Positions 50,296 through 64,000 of a stretch of DNA of 64,000 nt are shown here, one piece after another. The stretch lies in assembly GCF_009914755.1 (NCBI RefSeq), contig NC_060942.1; one strand, given 5' to 3'. The position numbers and the translations under genes were made by a program. The stretch comes from the human T2T-CHM13v2.0 reference genome, Homo sapiens. Each line of letters begins with the position of its first letter. The stretch's first letter is position 1. Under the pieces are notes generated by a model that had not been told where the DNA came from, ran no database searches, and worked only from the letters and a program-made list of their open reading frames with translations.

Positions 50296-51711
50296 CCAGA
50301 GGAAATCTTACATGGAATTCTAATCCCAAACAGAAAACTAGTTGGACATGGAGTCACTGTGAGTGCAGCGCTGGGGGCAGGGAGCACTCAGTCTTCACAG
50401 GCCTCTTGTTTGTGAGCTCCTAAGGCAGCTCCAATGAGCGTCTAGAGGGTTCTCGGTTTGAAAATCTCACCATCTCACCCTGGGAATCTCAGCTAGGGAA
50501 CTGGATCTCTGAGACCCACATGCAGTGGTACCTGCGCCTTCAGACCTTGATTCAGATTCAAATGCTCTGAGCACACCCAGACCTCAGGAGGTGGCTGACC
50601 CAGATTCTCGATTCCAGCTCTCAAGAGAAATGTACCTCTCCGTCTCCTTGTTCACTGGGTAAAAAGATAACTTGCTTCACAAAACCAGGTGTCAAGACAA
50701 AACACAGTAGAGCAATGTAAGAAAAATAACTTTGTTATTAATCATATACAATCATAACAAAAGTACATCATAGTATCACATCCATAATTGCTTGAATGCT
50801 AACTTGACTGTTACATGGACCTGTTACAAATAATGAACAACAGAGCTACTCCAGTATATGACTAGTCACTGTGAAATAAAAACAGACCCATGGCACACAT
50901 GAAATTCCTAAGGGGACTTGCTTTGATCCCCTGGGGAATAAGAGGGTCCTTTTCTATGATTTCCCTAGAGCAGTAACGTTTGTTGAGGGAGCATGTGAAG
51001 TTCATGATTATATGCCTTAACAATTACAGTCATGGTGTGTTTTGTTTTCCAAATGGAAAATTATTTTTGACTTGTTGTGAGATATAAATATTGACTATGC
51101 CAGGAAAAAATTCATCTATTTCCCTGAACTCATTATTAATAACTTTAGATGGCTCTATTCTACTTGTTGTTTGGCCTGGATTCCTCCAATAACTTTCCTT
51201 TTCAGGAAGGTTATTTGACAGATGTTAAGTCTGCAGAATGAGGCTGCTGTGGTTGTTTCTGGGCACAGGCTGAGAAGTGGGGAGAGATAGTGGGGAATGA
51301 CACCCAAAATATGATGGGGGAGTTGCTACCTGAAAACCTACAGAAATGTCTGGCCTGGAGAAGCCCTCCCTTGCATACCTGGGAACAGGGCTCACCAGGC
51401 CCACAGCAATTATGAACCTTGGAAAGATGGCCAAAGCCAGGGTGCTCTTCGCTGGTATTTGGTGGGGTAATACTCACCTTTCCTTCCTTCCAAAACCAAT
51501 GAACATTTATTATTTACTTGTTGGGCTATGATACTCCTGAGTTTATACAGTAGAAATGACTTCCTTTGGTCAATGAATCCAATGGCAGATGTCGGGCATT
51601 AACTCAGAAGGTGAGAAAAGGCACCATTCTCTCTGCAGCCCCACTCACTTTTGGCACAGTATAGCTTATAATTTCTCCCTCTGGAACTGGGAAGGGAGGG
51701 GGGTTTCCTAA

Positions 51712-52036
<325 letters not shown>

Positions 52037-52063
52037 CCCATGCACTATTTTCAACAGCATATT

Positions 52064-52069
52064 TTTATT
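52064..52069 (-). terminator. Candidate alternative polyA signal AATAAA in the CCBE1 3'UTR
   Basis: tttatt on + strand; motif only. Confidence 0.3.
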
Positions 52070-53258
52070 CCCATTGCTTTCCAAGAACAGAGGCAACTTA
52101 TGAGGTCCTGTGAAGAGGGTGCAAAAAATCGAAGTCAACATTTCTACTAACAGGTTGAGGAGGTGTACAAAGATCTTTTTCCCTATAAAACATGAAATGA
52201 CCTAGAAGCACTGTTACAAATCTTACCCCAGAAATAGCTTTCCCATTAGGTTTTGAGCAGAAGTCCTGTTTAGACAGTAAAGCTTTTTCTATCTAGTTAA
52301 AAGATACATTAGAAATAATGATGCCTTATGATGTCCTATCTTTGAAAAATATGATTTGGGCATAAAAAGTACATATCAGTCTTGCAGTAGTCCAAGTTTT
52401 GAAAATCTGAGGATTAAAAATTATTTTCTAAATTAACTTGGTCCAGCAGATTGACATTATAAAATACAGGTTACCATAAGTTTTGCTGGAGAATATTATC
52501 TGGAATAGTTTCATGAAACCCAGACAATACTACTTTCCATTAATTCTTTTAATATATTATTCTAGCCTATGGCCAAACATGCAGTTTGGTTGCATTTTAT
52601 GAGCATTTCACAATAAAGATCATATTTCTAAATACAGTTCACTGTCAAAGAAAAGGTATTAAAATTCTTCTTTTAAAAAAAATCATAGATGGACCTAGCC
52701 ATCTCTCATACAGCTTGTGCATAGTTTTGTGTGTTTTTTTTTTAAACATTCATCCATCCACACCCTTTAAATACCATGCTCCACAAGCAGGCAAACATTA
52801 AATATATTCCAGATGGGAATCAACAGCTGTTCAGTTCCTCTCTCTATAAACCCGTGGTTGGTGTGGCCCTCTGTCATGAATGTTGAATTTTGCAGAGAGA
52901 AGGAGGAAGGAAAGATGCTAGATAAAGAGCACCCCACCCTAAAAAGAAATTTTTTCTTTTTAAAAAGTCTCCTTTATTCGAAAAGAGGCAGACTGGTTCC
53001 TGGGGTTACTGCCCTTCTAGGGGAAAGTGCCACATTTAATAAAACTTATTTTTTTTTTTTAGGGATGGGGTCTTGCTATGTTGCCCAGACTGGCCTTGAA
53101 CTCCTGGGCTCAAGGGATCCTCTCGCTCACTTTTTTTAAAGTGAAAGTTTGCTTTCACTTTAAAAATGTTAGTGGAGAGTCACCAGGAATTTTGCATAAA
53201 TGAGACATAGAGGAGCAAAGTGTTCATGAAAGACTCGGTCACATGCTGACTGACATGA

Positions 53259-53962
<704 letters not shown>

Positions 53963-54801
53963 AAGAGGGATTTTCTTTAAGCAAGCTTTCACAGTAGTGG
54001 AGTTAAATGATGTGGGCTAAAAGGTGGAGGCAAAAAAGCCAAAAAGAAATGGGAAAGGACATGGCAGGATGGGAAATTCCAACATGAGCTAATATGAGTG
54101 TGAGAACGATCATTTGCAGGAGAGTGAAAATCTCCCGCAAAGGTAGATAAAGAGCCACTTTGTGTGTCCAGTGAGAAAGTGGACTGTGAGTAACCTATAA
54201 GCTGCTCATTGGAAACAAGAGGGCCCTCAACAACGTTACAAAGGAGCAGATCATCCTTCTGGTCTCTTGCTCCTGGTGCTTCTGAATCCACAGCAAACCT
54301 TGGCAGGAACATGCTTCCCTTTGCCACCCAGAGGTGCTCTGAGAAAACACTCTAACTCACTAGGAGGTGGAGATATAGACCTTTTTCTGAACTGCTTCTC
54401 ACATGCAGGGGAAAATAAATCAAAGAGAAGGCCTAAAAGAACTGGAACTTGGACTAAATTAAAGAAAATTAAGAAAAAATGAGAATAGGAAGGAAGTTTT
54501 TGCAAACAAGGAAAACCACTATTTTTTTTTCTCCCCATCCAAGATAACTTTCAATAGTGTATTACTCTCAATATGTTGGTGGCAAGCTTGGTTGGCTCCA
54601 GACAAAAACTTGTAATACCCAAGGAGAAAAAATTTACCTACCGCTGCTGATGGCATTAGTGAGGTCAGCCCAAGCCAGCAACCTCCTTGCAGACTTCAGC
54701 CCCACTGTATATTGGTTCAGCCTGGATCATGGCACCTAATGGTACCTTCTGGGCACCTGCTCAGAACCAGGAATTCTGCACCTCTCTCTAAGCTCAGCCA
54801 G

Positions 54802-54807
54802 TTTATT
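54802..54807 (-). terminator. Candidate proximal polyA signal AATAAA in the CCBE1 3'UTR
   Basis: tttatt on + strand; motif only. Confidence 0.3.
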
Positions 54808-55682
54808 GAACAAATAATCTATATTTATAGAGCAGACTCCACTGTTGATTAAACAGCTTTAAAATATTATAGCAAACGAGAGCCCATTGTTTTAATGTGA
54901 ATCCAGGCATTTCACTTTGTTTTTTTGAAAAGAGAGTTTAATCTTCTTCCCTAAATAGGATACTTACAGATAAGCATGGCATGAAACCTTAAGCACCGTA
55001 TTTGAATTTTAGAATGTGGCAATCTATATAACAGTAAATATATGACTGTGATTCTTTTCTATCTTCTCTAAACGCCATTCAATTCTCTCCTCTCTTTAAT
55101 TGAATTTGGGAAACAAGGTTTGACAAAGGGATACAATATTTAAAGTCTACTAGAAGCACAAGGAAAAAATTCTCCACCAAAGCACATCGACACGTTTGTC
55201 CTCCCCACCCCTTTTTAACTGAAGAGCCCCAATTTTGATACTAGAGGAGTTATGGTCTATTGTGAACACACATCTTAGAAGTAGCCTCACATTTTCTTAG
55301 AGCTCACTTTGTCATTTTCCCCCTTTTGATACTCTGCCAAATTTAACTTCAAGAATTTATGATTTAAGACACTGTGAGAGTACTTAAATCCAAAGTTCCT
55401 GGAAAAATAGGATGTAAAAGAAAAGTTACAATGCAAACCACCCCAATGGACTCTTAGTGAGAAGCAGGTAAATCAATCATTCACTCCCTCATGTCTGCAG
55501 GCCTAGGAGGGGACTCTGAAAATAGCATCGTATTTGGAAGAAGAGGAGTGGAGAGACGTCAGGAGAAGAGAAGAGAAAAATGTATGTTTTCTAGGTCTCC
55601 AGTGGTCTTTCTTCTCTTTAGATGGTTTAACTGCAGGTGAGTTGATCTTTCTCTTCCTTTGGCGTGACGGTGTTGGGATGTG

Positions 55683-55934
<252 letters not shown>

Positions 55935-56461
55935 TCAAAGCTAGAATACGACAGACAGCAATGGCCTCCGGGGCTCCATGACTTGACCTGCTGCTTGCTG
56001 GCAACTACTTTCTCAATAACTCTGTGCCCCAAATGGAGCCAATGTGAGGACTGCTACAGGAGCCTGGGGGTCCTCCATATTGTTTTCTAATTCTGTCACT
56101 TCTCAGCTGAGCTTTGGTGATGTATTCACCTTTCCTCCCTCCTAACGCTTTATCAAATCCAGTAGAGGAAAGGATATAAGAATAACTCTCCTAGGTTACT
56201 TTCCAAAGCAGTCTGGAAGATGCTTATGAAGGCAGCAGAGCAGTGGTTAAGAGACTGGGGTTCTGTTGGATTTGAATCTCATCTCTGCCGCTTACTAGCT
56301 GTGTCATCTTAATTTCTTGTGGTTCAGTTTCCCCATCTGTAAAATGGGGATAATAATAGTCCCAACTTCATAGGGTTTTGTAGGATTCATAAGTGAGGAT
56401 TTAAGCAAGTAAATACGTGTAAAGGGCTTTGAGCATAATACGTATTCAAAAATGTTATCTG

Positions 56462-56821
<360 letters not shown>

Positions 56822-57885
56822 CTAAATGAAGTTGAGAGGATGTTGTAAAGACGTCAACTCCTCGTTGACTAGGAAAGGTCCAAACAAAATCTTCCTAATT
56901 TTTCTATGTATTGAGTATCCTTTATCATCATATAGTATTTACTAAGCCTTAATTTCATATAGCGCTGTGTGGGGCATGGTAAAAAAGAAATGCACAAACA
57001 CGCATGTTCTGGGCTTGTCAGAAGCTTGTAGTAAAATCGTTATCATCTCCCGCAACTGCTGCTACAGCAGCGGGCACCGTGGAAGCAGAGCTTACACCGT
57101 AAAGCACTAAGAGAGGCACAGTATTTTCATATCATTTGACCCTCACAGTAGCCACTTCAGGGATGGCAGGTCAGATTCCACTATCGCCACTGCACAGTGG
57201 GGGGCAAGAATGCCCAGAGACCCTCAGTGAAGTGCCCGTGGTCAGAAAGCCAGCAGGTAGAAGAGTTGAGATGGGAACCCACGACTCCTACCTCTGTGGC
57301 CACAGCCGCTGGATTTCAGAAATGATACTTCTTCAGAAGCAGTGACGTGGTTTGAATTTTCTATGCTTTTGAATACTACTATTTCTCATTTTTAATCTCC
57401 CAGATACTATGCTTATATGCAGCTAATTTCTTCTCAGGTCCTAAACAGCCCTGCGTGGTTTTTCACTTTTTAAGAGGAGATGGCCATCTGGCCTGCTAGG
57501 GTTGCAGCAGTGGCTAAATTCTCAAGTACGCAGAGTTATGATTTAAACCCATAGATTTCCTTCCTAGACCTTTCAAATGTTTTATGATAATACTTGGAAA
57601 CAGACTCATGGCATAGCAGGGTTTTGAGCTTTAGGAAAGACATTTCAAATAAAGATTAGCCATGATAAAAGAGAAAACAGCAACAGAAAACAAATTTGAA
57701 AAATAAATCCAAACTAGCAGCTAAGGGCTTCTATGACTCTCTTCCTAACCACAGAGTTCTGTTCAGGTGGGCTGAGTGGCATCAGGAAGGGGCGGGCTTT
57801 TGCTACTAGACCAACCTATAGGCTCATCAGAGCTGCATCCCTGAGAACGTTCCCCTGGGGAAGCAGGACACAGAGTGCTACTTAC

Positions 57886-57921
57886 TGGAGACCCTCTGGG
57901 CCCAGGCGCTCCTCTCTCCCC
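57886..57921 (-). CDS. CCBE1: CCBE1 36-nt exon GERGAPGPRGSP
   Basis: ctttctgtttttag|GGGGAG...TCTCCA|gtaagt, phase 0-0. Not in the ORF track; found by reading the sequence. Confidence 0.95.
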
Positions 57922-58642
57922 CTAAAAACAGAAAGGCCAGGGTTAGCTTTCTAGAGCACATGGATATCACAAGAATAGTCTCTATTTATACACCCACCAT
58001 AACCACTTCCCTGCACAAAACAATAAACATTTTCTATAGAAAACATATGTAAAACTGAGCTGGACTCACGGGACCACTTATTTGAACAGGACTGCTTGGG
58101 TCAAGTGTCTCTCATTCTGATTTCCCTCAAGCCCATCTATTTTCAAACCTTCTTGGCAAGAGGAATGTTCATATTTCCCAGCAGCATGTGGAGTAACAAA
58201 CTTTCTGAAGTAACTCACACTGACTTCTTTGTGAGGCAAAAAAGAGCAGGCAGCTCTCAGAGGGGAACCACCCTGCTTGCAAAAAGAATGGAGCATCTCC
58301 TGTTCCTGAGAAATCTCACAGAAATGGAAACACACAAAAAGCTATCCCGTAAAGCAACACTGGTTAAAGAGAAAAACACATGTGAGAATCACAACACAGA
58401 GGCTCATTTAAAATTTACAGGGGTCACTTTTCCTATGAGTGGTTGTGGTGGTTGTTTTTGTCTTTGGGGTTGGTTTTGGAATTGAAGACAATGGCTTTTC
58501 AGATTTTGTTCCCAGCTTTGGGGAAAAAGTTCTATCTGGTATCTGTGTCTCACTTCTGCTGCATGCAAAATGGGGTTGGTAAACAGTGTCTGGTGAGCTT
58601 TCCTGGATGTCAGTGCAAGAGGTAGAAAGTGAGAGACCTTCA

Positions 58643-59268
<626 letters not shown>

Positions 59269-59316
59269 ATCGAAAGTGAGAGACCTTTAGCTTGTGAGGA
59301 CCACTCATAAGGCTTA

Positions 59317-59649
<333 letters not shown>

Positions 59650-60986
59650 CTAACAAGAGTCCAGGACCCCTGCAGCCATTTCTCTTTGTACTCTCTCTGC
59701 CTTTGCCTTCTGACATCTCCATCAGGCTGTCCCACAGGCATTTTAAACTTGATACGATCAAAAGCGGCTTCCCCATCTTCCTCTCTTTTCGCGGACTGCC
59801 AGTCATACATCCACTCAAGCCAAAAACTGGAGAGTCTTCCTCTATATTTCCCTGTTTCTGCAACCTCCTTTTTGAATCAGTGGCCAGCTCCTGTGCATTT
59901 TACCTCTTTAACATCTCACAGCTGTCTGCTCCCTTCTATCCACTGGATCACAGCAGAGTAGTGGCCACCACCACAGAGAAGTGGTGATCATGGCTGGAGA
60001 GCAGTACAGGTTTTAGCATCAGGGAGACTTGGGTTTGAATCTGACAAGTTGCCTGAGCCATCTGAGCTTTAGTTTCTCATCTCATCTGTAAAAGTGGGCT
60101 AATAAAAATCTTCCTTATGGAGTAGTTGCATTACATGAGATTTCAGATATATACACAGCACTTAGTATAGTACTTCACACATAGTAAGTACTAAAACATC
60201 TGCTAGGCCTTCCTTATATTTGCTTTGACTCTTGCCTCATTGCTAGTCTTTCTGCCCCGAACCAGTCTTTTCACCCCTTGCCCATTTTTGATATTTCTAT
60301 AGGGATGACACATCTAAAACAAGTCTTACTATGTAACCCACCTACTTTCAACCTTCTGGTGCAAATGTCTCAAGGCACTCGGTGGGTCAGCAAACTCACT
60401 CTCTCTTGCAGGCCCCAGAGAAATATCCCTTACTTCTTAGTGAGGGGTAGGAAATGTTCTTCTGGCTAAGATTTGCCACAGGTACAAGGCATGCTGGGGG
60501 ATGAGTTGGGGGATATGGGGAAGATCATCTCACCCCAAGGCCCAGAAGCATAGGTCATGCTTAGGATTGCAGCTGGAGCAGGAGAACTGAAAATGTCCCG
60601 TTGCCCCACAACTCTAGCATGGAGTAAGTAATAGCAATCTACAGTGTGGGGAGAGAACCCCTCTGTGGCACAGGTGTGTGTGTAGGGGCTGCTGAAAGCT
60701 CAGAGTATAAACACTGAGAAAAATCCACTGGTAACCTAGGCCTCCACTAAGCATAAGGTAACAGCATCCTTCCATTGGAGGAATTATTTGAAGACTGTGG
60801 AACACAAAGTAAATATAGTGACAATAAAGCCAAAACCCAGCTCAGTTATTCATTAGGTTGACTTAGCTTCCCATGGCAGTGGCCTGACAAAAGAAGAGAG
60901 TACCCATCTCCAGGAGTGATAACCATGTGCCTCAGTCTCTACTGTTTCTCTGCAAATGATGTCTGGCATTCAATCCAAAATTTTCA

Positions 60987-61288
<302 letters not shown>

Positions 61289-61935
61289 CACATTGTCAAG
61301 TAATAGAACAATCAGCAGGACAAGCCTCAGAGGGGACCCAGATGTTGGAATAATGAGATATGGGCTTTAAAATAACAGCATGTGAACGGTGCTGTTGGAA
61401 AAGATAAACAGTGTGTCTGAGCAGATGAGGGATTTCAGCAGAGAGATGGAAATTAAAGGAAAAAGTCAAATGGAAATGAAAAATATAATATCATGTATGA
61501 AAACAATATAGGCTCATCAACAGACTGCTCCCAGCTGAGCAAAGAATCAGTGAACTTAAAGATAAGTCAACAGTTACTCAAAGTGAATCACAAAGAGGAA
61601 GATAAAATGAAGCATCCAAAAGAGGTGAGATAATATCGAACCATCTAACATAAGTGTAATTGGAGTCCAAGGAGAAAAAGAAAACCCTACAGTGGCTCCC
61701 CTCTGCATAGAGAATAAAGCTCTAACTCCTCAGCATAGTATCCTTGTTCATTCTTGTCTTTCTTGCCAAGCATTTTTTCCATGATTGCCTCCTTCCTAAT
61801 CGCCCCATAGTCCCATCCTCCCTGAATAAACCATACCATAGCACACAATCCAGCTCACACTATTCTTTCTGTCTTGTCTCCATCACCACAGATCACCTAT
61901 CTCCAAAAACATTTTAACATCTCCCCCGTCGTACC

Positions 61936-62873
<938 letters not shown>

Positions 62874-63209
62874 TGCATGTGTGCCAGAATACGGCATACC
62901 ACCTTATCATGGAAGCTGATGGGGAAGAGACCTTTAGGCATCATCTATCTTGACCCACAACACAGAGAGTTGTAAACAGCCGCTTTGTATTGGGTTGGGT
63001 TTGCGGCGCTTCCCCACTTGTGTGTGGAACACAGCATTTCTGCCCACACCGGGGACTCTAGCGGACACCTTGCTGGCTCAAGGGCCACAGCTGTGTCTGT
63101 GGGGCAGCACCTGGGTACAGACATCAGCATGTTCACCTCTGCTTTAGGCCTTGAACATCAGCTGGGGGGATGAGGGAAGAGAGAGTGGGGGCCTGACAAG
63201 CATTTTTAA

Positions 63210-63545
<336 letters not shown>

Positions 63546-64000
63546 ATCTTAACTATTTTTTAAATGTAGTGTTTAGTAATGCTAAGTATATTCCCATTGT
63601 TGTGCAACAGATCTCTATAACTTTCTCATCCTGTAAAACAGAAACTCTAGACCACCGAATAACTCCCCATTTTCCACTCTGCTCAGCCCCTGATAACAAC
63701 CAGTCTACTTTCTGTTTCTATGAGTTTAATTATTTTAGATACCTTATATAAGTGTTAATTATATAGTGTGTCATTTTTTGACTAGCTTATTTCACTTAGC
63801 CTAATATCCTTAAGATTCATCTATATTGTTCCGTGTCAAAATTTCCATCTTTTTAAAGGCTGAATAATATTCCATTGTAAGTGTATGTCACATTTTGTTT
63901 TTCCATTCTTATCCATTGATGGACACCTGGGTTATATCCATTGATGGACACTTGGGTTGCTTCCACCTCTTGGCTATTGTGAAAAGTGCTGCTATGAAGA

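Overview
Human genomic DNA; human-lineage AluYa5 and AluYb8 elements support the species call. The right end holds the last four coding exons of CCBE1 on the minus strand (collagen Gly-X-Y repeats and the acidic C-terminus ...RAPRDFYP*) and a ~5 kb 3'UTR ending near 50.7 kb. From recall this is 18q21.32, on the LMAN1 side. The remaining ~50 kb is intergenic and rich in repeats: about 30 Alus, MIR/L2/old L1 fragments, MaLR/ERV solo LTRs and Tigger elements. It also holds one full-length young L1 (23376-29409, minus) with a TSD, intact ORF1 and ORF0, and a single +1 frameshift in ORF2. I found no new protein-coding system. The best leads are the atypical ACA/A subfamily signature of the L1, an unexplained inverted repeat with an internal 48-bp tandem duplication in a CCBE1 intron, a ~200-bp duplicated polyA-signal/Alu cassette around the CCBE1 3' end, a homeodomain-site-dense putative enhancer at 6.4-7.3 kb, and a strong minus-strand micro-exon at 423-470. 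Repeat boundaries and old-subfamily calls were made by eye and are approximate.
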